Assembly: GCA_002633005.1 (NCBI GenBank) | Contig: NMRA01000035.1 | Coordinates: 62,001-126,000, forward strand | Source of the DNA: Phoronis australis | Lineage: Eukaryota; Animalia; Phoronida | DNA length: 64,000 nucleotides | Direction: 5' to 3' | Shown here: positions 40,801 to 55,800 of the stretch, in pieces | Numbering within the stretch: the first letter of the stretch is position 1 | How the letters are laid out: every line of letters begins with the position of its first letter | Notes under the pieces: model-generated | The model's database searches: none | Seen by the model: only the letters and a program-made list of their open reading frames with translations | Told to the model about the DNA's origin: nothing | Position numbers and translations under genes: made by a program

Positions 40801-43800
40801 ATTTAACAGGTATTTCTATTCAACGCCCAACTTCCTTAATGCCGACTACCACATAGGAGATTTTGATTAGTATGCACCGTCATACCAAACAGCTATACAA
40901 TTAGCTTGATGAAAAGGGCAAATTTCCAATTAAACTTAATGATGGTCTGTGAGTAATTGGTAGTTCAGTTCACATTTTCCTCTTCATAGAACAGGTGCTT
41001 CTAAGAAAATCTAGCAAAACTGGTTTTCGGACAGTGGTGACAAGTCTTGCTCTGGGTCAACCCTTACCCGCTGTAAACAGGTGTGCGGTCCACCACCACA
41101 TTGTCAGGGTCAAAAGTACTGTTGAAACTTTGACCGATGTACGACCCTCCACCATAGGGGCTTGTGAGCGACTGACCATAGGGGGCAGAGCCTGGGGAGA
41201 ACTCCATGCCAGCAAAGACTGAACGTTGGACCTGGGCTTCCACCTGGTCCTCCTATAAAACGACAGTACAAGATGAGCACCTCAAACACTGAATGCCACG
41301 TGACTCAGTCAAATTATGCAAGATGCAGGAAGGTAACTCCAAATTACACAACATCTAACGATAAAACAATACTGTCAAATGTGCTTGAATGCGATGAAAC
41401 AACAACAGGATATTAAGAAAACATAATGTACATTTCAAGATTACTTTTCCAGCTTGTTTTACTCATAACAACATGTATATGACATTTCAGTTAACATCAC
41501 AGGAATGATAAGAGGAGAGAGGAAGAAAATCATAAAGTTAAAGCAGTCTGGATGCATCTTAGAACAAAATATTTATAACAGGGAATGACTGGTTGAACTG
41601 CGACAGAACAGGAAATTGTAAGAAAAAGGCGTTAACATAACAAGTCCTACAAGTCCAAGAACAAAATCATATCTGAGGGAATAAAGTAGGAAGATTTACA
41701 AGCAAGTCAAAGCTGAGAACGGAAATTCTTATATTCAAACAAACACACAATCACGCACACAAGCAAGCATATTAAGGTAGCGGTATACTACAATCTACAG
41801 TGCAAACATGCCACAAACTCCAAGCTAATGGGTCACACCGTCGCCAGTTGCTGTCAGTGCAGAGTTAGCGTGCAAGTGTTAGACTGCACAGCAGACGCAT
41901 CACAGGCTGTTAGTACCGGCATCAGCAGAGAACTGGAGACCACAGAGATAGTAGACCATCTCCAAAATTAATACATGTAGTGTGACCTACTTGATGAATG
42001 GGTTGACCATCAGGTCCGTATCTGACCAGTGCAGACCTTGGTACAGCTGGCGGCCGCAATGACACTGCTGGGCCACCATTCATGGTTGCTCCAGTACCGC
42101 CAATGGTCATTTGCGCAGGGGATTCACCGTAGCGGCGCACCGTAGATGTGTCAATGGACTGAGCAGAATGGACATAGACAAGTTTTCCATCTGGGTTGTG
42201 ATGCACCATGATCTTGGCCTGCTCATAAATTGTAGGAAGCAGTTCTTTTAAAGTCACCTGACCTGGAATGTTGCCTCTACGCTGAACTGACGATGGATCT
42301 ACAGGCTGATTGACACGCATGTAGATGCGTTGGCCCTCGGGGCCAGGCTGCACCACAACTTTAGCATCACCACACCTGGGCGGTAGGAGTTCTTCCAGCG
42401 GAGTCTGAGTAGGGAACTCACTTTCTGTGTAAACAGATAGTGGGTCGAAAGCCTGGCGAGTTTTGGCATAAGCCAGGTGACCATTTGGAAGTCTTTCTAC
42501 AACAAGGCTGGAATCGTCTGAAGATGTTGGTATTTCACTTAAGGTCATGAAACTAGGTACGTCTCCCTCTCGATAGAGAACAGAAGTGTCAGTGGACTTA
42601 GCAGGATGTATGTAGACAAGTTTACCATCAGGTCCCTTGTGAACCAAAACCTTTGCCTCGCCATAGACTGTTGGCAACAACTCCTCTAAGGTCATCGCCG
42701 GTGGAACTTCACCTTCCTTGATAACTGAAGATGGCTCAAGACCTTCGTTGGTTTGGATATATATACGTTTACCATCTGGATTGTGCTGAACAACAACTTT
42801 GGCAAGAGCAAAATCAGCAGGTAGAAGTTCACCAATTGGCATATTGATTGGCGCATCTTGTTCTTCGAACACTACCAGTGGATTGAATTGCTGAGATGTT
42901 TTGGCAAAGACGAGTTCACCATTAGGGTCACGGTAGACGGCAACATTGGCATCATCAAAGATAGTCGAAGGGGTGACATCCAGAGTCATGAAGCAAGGAA
43001 CCTCACCTTCTTGAACAACAGTGGAAGAGTCAACTGAGTGAGCAGGATGGATATAGACAAGATTACCTTCAGGATCACGGTGTATCAACATTTTGGCGTC
43101 ACCATAAGCAATCGGCAACAGTTCGCCCAAAGTCATTTCACTTGGAACCATGCCCTCTTGATAGACAGGCGAGGGGTCAACTGATTGGACACTCTGCACA
43201 CAAGCATGTTGACCATCGGGGTCACGTTGAATGACTATTTTGACATCGCCACTTTCTGGAGGCAAGACTTCTTCCAGAGCACTTTGGAGGGGAACTTCGT
43301 CTTCTTTGTAAACCACAGAGGGATCAAACGACTGCCCCGTTTTTGCATACGTCAGTTTACCATCAGGACGTCGGTAGACAACAAGGTTGGCATCATCAAC
43401 AACAGCTGATGGGATTTCACCTAATGTCATGAAGCCTGGAACAATGCCCTCACGATAGACCTGTAATTGATCAGCAGATGGAGATGTGTAATACATTTTG
43501 CCATCGGGTCCACGATGAACGAAAACCTTGGCATCACCATAGACAACAGGTGGGATTTCTTCTACAGTCAACTGTGTTGGTACATCACCTTGGCGATAAG
43601 AGGCCGATGGATCCATTGAACGAACGGTCTGCATGATGGGTTTTCCATCTGGTCCTGGCTGAACAACTACTGTTGGGCGTCCATACACAGTTTGAGGAAC
43701 ACTGCCTGCGTACACAGAGCCTGGAACAGTACCTTCTTTGTAGGTGGCAGAGCCATCTACTGGTTCGACCTTTGAGTAGACAAATTTACCATCTGGTCCA

Positions 43801-46800
43801 CGCTGAACGACAATTGAAGCATCACCGTACTGGACTGGAGTGAGTTCTGACAGCTGCATCTGTCCGGGGACTTCTCCCATTCTATAACTAAGGGCATTGT
43901 CAACAGAGCGAGCGGTGTGTTGGGAGTTAATAGGTTTGCCGTCAGGGCCACACTGAATACTTACTGAAGCGTCGCCGTACTGAGTTGCTGGTAAGCTGTT
44001 AACAGCAGCGGACTGCTGCTCGATGAATTCTTGTGCATCGAAATGAACTTTGTTGCCTCTGACGTCTGCAACGGGTTTGCCATCGGGACCGACCAAACGT
44101 CCAGACACGTAGCGGGCTTCTGGCGAGGTGAACACAAATGAGGATTCAGCTCTCTCTTCAGGCGACAGTTGGGACAGCTCAAAGCTCTCGGCAGTAGCAA
44201 CATTTGCTTTACGTGTCAAATCTACTGGGCGAAACTGCTCGTCATTTTGTGGACGACGACCATCGCCTCCCCAGATGTGTTTCATGGTGTCATTTCGGTT
44301 GAAGGAGCCGAGTCTATCGTCTTCCAGCTCCATTGAGTGAACGGCATCAGGGGGACGCATCAGTTGGTGGTCATCACTACTACGAAAAGAGTCACGTCCC
44401 CTGTACTTGTGTTCCTCCCCAGACGTAACCCGCTGAGAATCTCCTTTCAGTCGCATGCTATCTGTTCGCTCAGGCTGCTTAATGTAGCTCTCTTCCTGAG
44501 CGTCTATAGCAAAGAACTCATCTTGGTACTTTTTGTCAAATGGAGTTCGCGGCAGATAAGATGGCGTCTCAGGAATCATCGAACCCTGAGGATCACCGAC
44601 GCGAAAGATTTTACCGCGCATCTGCTTTTTCTCGACGCCGGGATCAGTGCCCCATAGCGCTTCCATGGTTTCATCGGGGCTGAATGACACGTGACCATGA
44701 CTCATGCTGTCTCTATCAGGCATGCCCTACGACAACAATTGATTAGTGAAACTAACACAAAAATTATAACAACATCAACACAGCAACAGCATTGCAGCAA
44801 TGTCACGCAATGAATAGTAATAAAGAGTTAATTCATGAATCAAAATGTGTCAAGGCAAAACTCCTAGCATAAACTAGCCATGCTGTATTGTATTCATCTT
44901 CCCTGTACTAGATCAGTCGACATGTTAAATACTGCATGCAATTTGACTATAAAATGACTCATTAACTAATAAAAATTAGTAGACTTTTAGTACCATGACA
45001 TTTCTGCAATGTTAATAAATGTACAAAATAATAACAACACGGATAACGAATCGAGCGGTGAGTTTCTACTGAGATATCAAATAATAACTAGGGCAATCAA
45101 ATCAAAAGTGAGAATTTATAATCAAAATGAAACAATACGGCAATGAGCGTCAGAGATCAGCATTCGATGACAATGCAAGCAACAACTTAAAGACAGGGGA
45201 TGTTACCTGCACCGTTTGGATAGAGTCGTCATTTGGATAGTGACGGAACTCCTCATTGCTACCGGAGTAGCTGAACTGCTCGATATATCCCTAAACACGT
45301 GAGAAATACGACATACGACACGGATCACTGTCAGGGTAGCCACAACAACCACATATGGAAGGTTAACAAAACGAAACTGAAATAATGCTCGTGCAATGTC
45401 CACTTTCTTGGGTTTGTTTTCGTGCAAAATGCATGTTTGCTCACAAAATTAAATAAAACTGAATCGACATTATGCACATGAATCTCTCGTTAGCAATTAA
45501 AGTACAAACCAAAATCTCCCAACATTTTTAGTTATTGACCACGAAATGAAATTAACAATACAGCTGAGGGCATGACAATTTAAGTCACAAAATACGAAAA
45601 ATGCCATTATTAGTACCATTTAAAACTTTGAAAGGCACTTGATTAAAATCAAAGTTAACATGGATTGCTTTTCAGTCAAGATACAATGAGTGTATTTGTG
45701 CTATTTGGACAAAAAACAAGGAAAGCTAAGGAACACAGGTTCAGAATTCCATGACGAGACCTGTACAATAAATTAAACTCGGAAACACGTGACTTTCTTT
45801 TTTGTACATTTCTCAGCGATTACTACGATTAAAAGCCTTCAATCTCAAAACAGTATTAGTATTTACATCTGCACATGCATTGAAACACAAGATCCCCTTG
45901 CTGCGCAAAAACCAAACTGTTTCACTGACGTCCATAACGAATATCGATTCACTAATATTTCAAGAGCTACTAAATGCACCGTGCTATCTGCGCCCTACCC
46001 AGACACCTGTGATTCCAGTGAGTCACATACCTTGGCGGGAACGATGGAGTCATCCTTCATTCCTATGAACTGGTCAGTGTTCAAGTAACTGTAGTTAGTG
46101 TCTCCCAAAATAGTGTCGTCCTCTGTAAACCGCGACACACACAAAGTGAGATGAGGGCAGCATGATCAGAAACAGTGTTATGAAGGGACCCATGGAAAAT
46201 ACCAATGTCTTACAGCTAAGAACATTGAGTTTCCAACTTGTAATCAGTCACATTCAACCTGTTTTAATGTTGCCGTCTCGTTTACTTCGAGTGATAATTA
46301 TTTACAAAGTAGGAGTACTCATTAGCCGCTGTATTGTCCCCAGATAACCTCACCCTGAAATGGCCTTGACCTTTAGTTTATACCATGGTTAAAAGGTTTT
46401 AAGTGGTGTTTGAATCAAGACCTAGTTCTTGTAAAACAAATTATGGCTACTGGTGCATAGATCAAACACATAGAACTTCAGTATCTAAAACGAGGAAAAA
46501 CAACTCACAGCAGCAAAAATTAACATACCGAAACTACGCCTTAAAAAACACAACTGGAAAATTCGAAATGATATATGAAAGACTATATGTCATAAAGCAC
46601 TGACAGTGCAGGAATCCCCCATTGATGCAGTTATACCTGAAAGCAAATATATCTTCTGGCTAAAATGTTAAACTAGCCAGATCTGTCTTCACAGTGCAAA
46701 GATTGTGCTTGAAGGAACAGTGTTACTATTGTCATGTGAACATGGAGCACTGTTCAAATCTTTGTCTTCTTCAAATTTCAAGTTTGACTTCAAAAACACT

Positions 46801-49800
46801 GAAACACTGCCAACAAAGGTAAAGTCTGTATCTTTTCCCTAGAACACCATTTTCTATCCAAAATCAAGTCTAACAGATAACCAGAGTTGCTTTTATATAC
46901 AACTCATTGGTTTGTGCACAAAAACCAATCCCGCCTTGTTTACGATGTGTCGTGACTGTTGGGCAATTTTATCACTTGCGCACCTCACTGGTGTCGTTCC
47001 TTGCTCGAGTCTCACTCTCTTGACAGAGTGTCATGCAATGATGACTACATCCGTATTATTACAGGTCCGTGGCTTTAACTAACTTTAAAGTTTGAAGACC
47101 CTGGATTTGCGATTGTGTTAGGAGGAAAACCGATGGAAAACAATAATTTATGAATGGTGTTCGTGGGTATTCGACTGGTGAACAAAAATATCCACCTATT
47201 TGACAAGTGTTTCATAAAGACATAATACAATGACCAATAACAACAGAATGACTAAAGCAGCCTCTTTATATCACACTAAAACGAGTTAATTTGCAGTAAC
47301 CTACATATGGTTGTAACTTAAAACCGAATCATCAACATAATACAACAAAAAATAAAACAATTTAAAGGAACAAACCAATTCTCTACTTACTACATTCTGA
47401 AGAAGCGGCAATAGATGCAACATCACGTGACAAAAAGTAACCAATGAGTGAACAGCAGAAGCAACATGGACAGGTGAGTAACAATTAGCGACACAACAAG
47501 AGTACGTGTACGTCAAGTGTGAGTGGTCATGTTAAGAGTCGGATGTTCTCTAACTACTAAATTAATCAGAATCTAACTGATAAACTATAGAAGCTAGGTG
47601 TTGAGAATGAAAAAAAAATAAAACAAGGGAAATTCAGTTTTAGAAGGGCAAAATTTATCCACTGTTTAGATACAATTAGCATTTTCAATTGATAGAACTA
47701 GATTGTACAAACAGTAAGAAAGTTGCATATTCAATATTGAAAAAAAACTAAAGTCGAAAAAATAAAACAAAGGAAATTCAGTTTTATAAGGGCAAAATTT
47801 ATCCACTGTTTAGATACAATTAGCATTTTCAATTGATGGAACTAGACTGTACAAACAGTAAGAAAGTTGCATATTCAATATTGAGAAAAAACTAAAGTCG
47901 GAAGCAGATGTCGAATAGAATAGTTGAGCAATATTTCAACTGACAGTTACCTTCAGTTGCCAAATCATAAACTAAGAGCTTTCTTATCACAAGTAGTTCA
48001 TTTCCAAGCCAGAAAATTAAACATTATTTGTTTGAAAAGAAGCTTTAACATTTTTATTTTTTAGCATTTTTATTTTTTAACATTTTTATTTACCCACGAT
48101 TTAGTTTTCCAGCCTAACAGCAACCGGGGTTTTATTGGTGAAGATGAAACATTTCTAGCAAGAATATTGAGACATGGTTGTTAATTACATTCACCTCACA
48201 ACAGAGGTCAGGTCAATCTTGTGAATTCACAACACCAGCTTCATAAACGGAAGAACTAAAAGAAGACGAGTAAAAGTTTTAAACGAGCGTTATTTTTGGA
48301 GAACGCTTATTATTTTCACAGACACCAAGAAACGATAAGAGAGAGAGAAAGAGAGAGAGAGAGAGACAGAAAAAGATTGACTTGGATCAACTTACTATCG
48401 CGCAGCTTTTGACCCTCAAAATAAGGAAGGTAGACATGTTGTTCAGACAGAGGTTTGCCGTACGAGTGAGGCATGAAGAAATCGTCGTCACCTGAGAAGT
48501 TATTGGAACACACGAGTCCGTGGATTAGTCAGTGGGAAAAGCCAAGTGAGATACGAGACACAAACGGTGAGCTCAACAATGTAGAACGTTGGCAACTCGG
48601 AAAGTTGCGTGCACACGTAAAATGCTAGGTAGAAACAGAAGCATTAATTCTAGTGGTGATTCTCAGTTAACAAGTCTTACAACAGAACGGTAGGTAGACC
48701 AGGCCCATCTGACTATTGTAACGGTTGTACAAGCACGTCTGCTGCCACTGTCACAAATAGCCAACGCATGCCAACAGCCCATAGCGAGATCACGTCAACG
48801 GACGAGAGTTGGACAGACAAAACATTTAGGGTATTGCACATTACCCAGAATTCCAACATGTTTACCTGGTCTCGTCGAGTCTAACAAAGTGTGTAAAATT
48901 TAATTCTTAGAACAATTTCAGTACGGCAAACAGTGAAAAAGTGTCAGAGACAGTCACAATGCACTCTAAAGTTCATGTCTAAACACTACCTCAAACCATA
49001 CCGCACATCATGCTCATAGCAATGGCTTCCCTTCAGCTATGTTCGACTTTCTACAGACTAGCTGTTAATATTCGTGCTCACTCCAGTATCGAAAGAGAGG
49101 GCCAAATCGAGAGCAATATGCACTAAGGACAGACTAACGATAAAATCCTGTGGACCAGAACACGAGACAGTCATGTCCAAAAACTCCTCGCGATGCATGC
49201 AAAACGTTCAGTTGCAGAACAATCAGCTGCAGATATATCAACGTTATTCAAAGGAGGGACACAAAGAATAGACTAACACATCACACAGCCATTTATCGCC
49301 ATTCCTAGATGACGAAATGCAATCAATGCTAACTGGAAGTCTGGACTACAAAACCATGCCAGCTAACAGAACAAGATGAATCCGGATTCAGATTGGTAAC
49401 GACCAACGTACTTCAAATCGGCCACACCTATGTAACCCGAGTTAGTTCAAACTAAATAAGAAAAACTCCACGCAGTTTGAGTTAATATTTCATGAGAAAT
49501 ACGACAAAAGCATTCTGGTGAGAGCAGGAAATCTCATTCACTTAGCGTAGATTGGAGTCTAAATGTTCAATTTTCATCACATTTGGTAGAAAAAAAAATT
49601 ATATCAGGTAAAGGCAGCACAAAGCAAACAAAGCCAATGGTAGCACACTGATTGAATGTAACCACTGCATAGCTAACACAAACGTGCAACAAGTATCACA
49701 AACAAAAATTCTCAGAAATTATTAATCTAGTCAATTTGTGGTTTGAATTTTAACGTTTTAAATTATGTATGTTCAATTTTCGGATTTGTCTTGCCATCAA

Positions 49801-52800
49801 ATCTCATATTTTTTCTCAAAAATCACATCGACTAGGAAACGAGGAAGTGCAACATGGGTAGCTAAGCACTGAAGCATTGGCTACAAAAAGAGTTGGAATC
49901 TTATGCCAGTCGAGAAATAGCCAAAGTTTGACAGTTTTCGACGATGAAAGCACGCCTAATACTAACGCTAACAGGTGTGCAGAACAAGTACCTACGTTTT
50001 AGGCTACCACAAAGTCATACAAGGCAAATAACAGGCTGTGTACCTCCTTCATCTTCCGAGTCCGTCATAAAGGTCTCCTGCATCATCTCTGGAGCCTGCA
50101 CCTTGTATTTCTCTTCCATAGTCACCCCAGTCTTGATGGACTGAACCTCAGTCACCTCCTTTAGCACTTCCTCGACAGAGATGTAGCCCAGGTGCTGGGC
50201 AAGGGACAGGGGTGTCTGGCCGTTCTACAACATAGGAACAGATTAGACATGGTGTTCCACTACACAGATGTAGGCAATGTACTGGGCAAGAGACAAGAGT
50301 GTCTGGCCGTTCTACAACATAGGAACAGATTAGACATGGTGTTCCACAACACAGATGTAGGCAAAGTACTGGGCAAGATAAAGGGGTGTCTGGCAGTACG
50401 CTGATGAATTGTGGGTGACGATATGAGAAAACAAGATGCAGTAAACTGTGGAAAACACTTAGCAATTGAAATCTGTAAATTCAAAGGGGATATGATGGTG
50501 AAATTGCTCTGTCCCAAGGATGAGAATCACAATACAACAGAGACACTCAAAAATAACAAATATCACAGATTAGTGACTCCAGGAACATTTAAATAGATTC
50601 CGTTGTGATTTAATAACTTATCCACCGCTTCGCCATATTCAATGCATGGCAATTAATTTCATTGACAAAGAGCAATGAGACAAAAAATAAAAATATTATA
50701 AGACATAAGTTGAAACATGGGTAGTGATTTGGTCGAGGTAAGATCAGACTGAAGTATTTTCACGAGACTGTAAACGTGGTATTGTCGGTTTGTTTTCAGT
50801 TAATCAGCTGTTGACCCAGATAAGTGGGAATTCCGAGACAGTGATCCAGTGCAGCGAAAGTAGTCCGTCGCACGTGACTTTATTTGACAGTAGTTATTTG
50901 TCAGTAGATCAGTTATTTCACGTCTTTCATGCACGTTTATTGCACCATGTAATATGTACATGTGTGGTATTAAAGCAATTTAATCACTTAATATTTTCAC
51001 ATAAGCACATTTAAGGGTGGTACTTACGTTGGCTGTGATGTTTGGTGAAGCATTGTACTTCAACAACAGTTTGATGACCAATACGTGACCCTGCTGGGCA
51101 GCTTGGTGTAGAGGCGTGTACCCTTGCTGTAATTAAACAAAACATATTCCAGTTCAGAACACAAGGATTCAGAATTATTCGTCTTCAGACATGAACAATT
51201 TCCATAACAATGTCTTCGTTATTTTCAAAAGTAACGAGAACCAACTTGAACTTGGCCAGTGAAAATCTCGATGATTTTATGGAAATCTTGGCTCCCCGGA
51301 ATATCTTGCCAAAAAGCCTTGGAAACAGCAGTGTTGTGTTTAAGTTTCATCTGCAATGTTACATGGCAGGAACATTCGACTATCTCTGATTAAATCTACA
51401 TAACTTCAAACAATGTCACGCAGGCATGGTAGCATAACCACCATTTATTACAAAGGGTTTTAAAGCCTAAGCTGCTGACGAAGGCCACTTTATCTGTTGA
51501 AGGTGCCTATTAAACCTGAACAATATATAAACCAAGCTCTAGCGTCAAAAAGGATTTGCTTCACTGGTATGTTTTCCAAATCAACATCATCACGTTCTTA
51601 AGCTTTGCAACATCAGGGTTATTACTACAACCTTGCTCGGATAGAGATAAGTAACAATAAAACGCCTGGCTTCCCGGACTACTGGCAGCTGAAACAAACC
51701 TGCTAAGACAGGCAAACTTCACTTTTCTGGTCTGAAGCAATAATAAACAAACAGTTGTTATCAACCACGGAAATAATTTCTAACCTGAGTAAGGAACAAG
51801 ATGAGATGGTTTTATATAGTGGCCTTATTCGAATTTTTTGACAAAAGACGCGGATTTATAATTGTCCCTTTAAAAAACATGGAGAAAGCTCACCTTAGTC
51901 TTGGCATTGACGTCAGCGTCTTGCTCCAAGAGGAAGCGGATCATGTTGATCTGACCAAAGTGACAGGCTGTGTGAAGTGGGGTGTATCCCGCCTGCAATC
52001 AACAGAGACGATGAATAGATGAAGAGAGTCACAGAGTCACTGTCGAAATGGTCATTTTCATCCAAAGTATGTGGTCAAAAGTGTTTAAGTCTACATGGTA
52101 ATTGTTTTCAACATTGACTCTCGGTACTTAAGTGCTTTCTAAGTTGACCGTTTTGTAAGACGCACCAGTCATCATCAGTTGAGACAGTCCTTCCACTTAC
52201 TCAACAGACATGAGCATGAACTCACCACAACTGTGCATATCACCACCAGCACCATATTTGAATTGTGTACACTTGTACGAAATAGCATCAACACAGACCT
52301 TGGTACAGCATCAAAGCGCCATTTGTTGGGGCTAATTATTTCTAAAATTCAATGAAGACTCGACGGAAATTTTCGGAACATGGTGGGTGCTCATACAGAA
52401 ACAAAGCGAGAGTTGGTTTCAATATTTTCATCTTCCAGAAAGCTCCATCAGTAAAGATTGGGCGTGTTCTTCATAGTCTGCATTCCAAAGACTCAAGAAA
52501 CTCGCGCGTAAGATCATTCAAGACTTCGCCAGATATTGATGTGCATTACAGACGAAACAGGTGATCACACTTAATTGTGAAACTCTTGCGTCACGTAATG
52601 CAGCCCTGATGCTAATTCAGATATTCTGAGAGTTAAACACAAAACAGTAAGTATGACGAACACTGACCTTTGTGCTTGGATCTTTGTCAGCACCATACTT
52701 GACCAGGACTTCAGCCACATTCACCTTGTCTTCTTGAGCACACAAATGCATTGGAGTCAGTCCGTTCTGCAATGAATTAAGATCGTATGATTTCCGTCTA

Positions 52801-55800
52801 GATGCCACGACAGGGTTGATGACGTATGGTGAGTAACTCTTCCATCAGAAAACAGCCAATGAATTCAGACTTATTTTGAATCTCAAAGGACTCTACATTT
52901 ATGTATAATATTTCCATTTTAAACATGTTTGACTTTGGGGGAATTCTGGGAAGGAATAAAATCTAACTATTTAGGACATGACACAGGCAGACTAGTGCAA
53001 TTGAGTTTTCTTCATTTCTTAGAAAAGAAACGAGGAACGGAGTTCTGTAACATAGCAACCAGTAGTTTGAAAAAACTGCCGGCAATTCTGGTGATCATTA
53101 TTGCTCGAAATTGACAATAAATACCGTAACGTGTAATGTACTGTGCAATGCTTTTTTCGAAATTTTAGTAATTTTCATTATGCAAAAATCTTCAGATCAA
53201 AAAATAGTTTTGTCCACCAAGTGAATTTTCAAATGTGAACTGCAGCAGTTGAACAAGAAATTTCCAACTACCTGCAAAATAACGATAATGAGTCAACACC
53301 TCAACAAGAATCTGAACAATGTCTACATAACATAACAGGTTGCAACAAACAAGTGTATGTTCTTCCCTTTAAATACTATCGGATGATCAGTTGCAATAAC
53401 CATTGATCAGTTGCAATAACCATTGATCAAAACACCTGTATGTCATCGCAAGGACATTTCAGCAGCATGAACAACGTATTTGTGAATGAAGGAGTAGAGA
53501 ATACTACCAGGGCAGATCTACTACTCACATGGGCTGGGTGTTTAGAGGCAGCTCCGTGTTCCAACAGGAGAGATACCATGTCTGTGTGTCCCTCCTGGGA
53601 TGCCAAGTGGAGTGGAGTGAAACCATTCTGCAAAAACGAGGTCATAAAATTGTTAGACGGCTACATGTCAAAATGTTTTTGATGACCCTGTTCAAAAACA
53701 GTGAATGTGAATTCTGAACTTTTAATCCTAATTCACTAGAAAATGGTTTCACTGAAAGTTACATACTGCTATAAATCTTCCCACACATCAACTAACTTTT
53801 ATTTTGACCACTTATTATACAATTAATCTCTAGTTACTTCTTAGTCAAATTTAGGGTTATTTCTAAGCTTGTAGAGAAACGACAACCCGTTGTTACTAAA
53901 GACCAGGCTCTACAAGTTGGCTTGTCATGGCGGGTCATTTCATGCACCACGCATGATCTCATACAATAATGAAGATTCATGTCTTTCCAAGAACAGACAC
54001 CGCTGTACATCCGAGTTCGGAACAAATTGAAATCAATTAGGTAGCTAAAGGTCACCTACATTCAAGTTAGTTGATTCCTCATACCAGAATACTGGTAAAG
54101 ATTTAAAAGACAACTACGTTTCTAATCCTGAAAAGTTGAACTATGTATTAGTAGAATAAATTTATCAACCTACAACCTTATTGCCAGTTTCAAGAGGACA
54201 TTACCTTTGACTCAGCGTTGGGCTTGGCATTGTATTCTAACAATGTGGTGGCAATGTCCATCTGGTTTTTCTTGGCAGCGATGTGCAGAGGTGTGTAGCC
54301 GTTCTGAAGGAGAATGTACTCCGCATCATCAAAACACAATTTTCTCTTTCAATTGTTTTTAACCCCCAACACGAAAAACAAATTGCCATATCTTTCAAAC
54401 AATTTTAAAGTTACTGTTTTTTTTTAATTCAAAGTTAAACAATACAAACAATTTTAATAAAACAAGCAGCACAACTTAAACACCTACTAAAATAGTTAAA
54501 TTAATCCTCTTACCTTTGCCGTGCAGTGGGGGGAAGCGTTGTGATCCAGCAAGAGCAGCGCCACATTCACGTTGTTGTAGTGAGCAGCCACGTGCAGAGG
54601 GGTCAATCCATTCTTACCCTGCACATCAGGGTTGGCTCCCCTCTGCAGAAGGAGACGGGCCACCTTGATGTTACCATACTTGGCTGCAATGTGCAGAGGT
54701 GTGAACCCTTTCTGTAAAGGAGAAGCATAAGATGTTATAGTAAAGGATGCGAGCGTCATTGTTCAGATATATATCGTCTTTGCTCTGAATAATCCACAAC
54801 ACACTTGTAAGAAAGCAGCAGTGGGCACATCCGCTGTGGGAGAGGATGAATATTTCGTTAAGTGCACTCAGAAACACTATTTCAGCACAAAACTGTGGCA
54901 ACTTAAGTCTTCAGTGGTTAATATGAGCAACTTCTTATGAAATCCAGAAATCATTTCTAAATTTGGTACAGACCACACCAAAGTCTATTTCATAACAGTA
55001 GTCAGAACATTTTGGTTAGTCACTTTACCCTGATGGACACGTATAGCTTATGGTGATCCTGTCCTTAAAACAAAAATCTGACAAATGTCTGGTGCTCTTT
55101 AGAGCGATTTCCCATAATATTGTCAAGACCACTCACTTTAGTGGTAAGGTTGAGAGATGCTCCTTGATCAATGAGGACCGATGCGACCTCTTCCTGCCCC
55201 TCCTTGGAGGCGATGTGTAGGGGGGTGTACATGTCCTTGGTGGTGGCGTCGGGAGAGGCGGCGTGCTGCAGCAGCAGCACCACGTTGTCTACATTACCAA
55301 GGCGGGCAGCGATATGCAGGGGAGTCTGCTGCTCCTAGAGACCAGATAGATTCAGGCATGAAAGTGAATCTTATTATCATCAAGGTCTAATGATGAACTG
55401 ATGAAACAACTGAGTGTATATTCACCAACATGACAAGTGCATTTTTGTACAACGTACCAATTGTAGAACAATTCCCAGTGACGTGTTTTATGACAGATTT
55501 TGCAACATTCACCCTACTGTATGAATTTGTCTACTTTGCATTGGATTCATTTCCACAATGCTTTAAATGCTGGACTAAACTGAAAAACTCTCCAACTTGT
55601 ACATGACAACCTACCCTAGCCTTGGCGTCAACAGTTGCTCCGTTCCTGAGCAGGATCCTCATAATGTCAGTCTGGTTGGCGCGGGCCGCCAGATGGAGTG
55701 GGGTCTCACCACGCACTGTTGGGTAGTCAGGGTTGGCATTGTGTTGCAACAGGAACAACACGATGTTCATGTGTCCCATGAAGGCAGCCACATGAAGAGG

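Noticed and set aside
41922-44723. 933-aa ORF as a transposon or nested independent gene
   Set aside because: No transposase, RT, integrase or gag motifs, and no TIR/LTR/TSD seen. It is on the same strand with phase-compatible splice sites tightly bounding the ORF. It cannot be fully excluded without RNA data.
50148-50517. Cys-rich ORFs (105 aa and 85 aa) over the 87-bp repeat
   Set aside because: Off-frame readings of the acceptor-spanning tandem duplication.
53385-53429. 20-bp direct duplication gatcagttgcaataaccatt
   Set aside because: Ordinary small slippage duplication in an intron.
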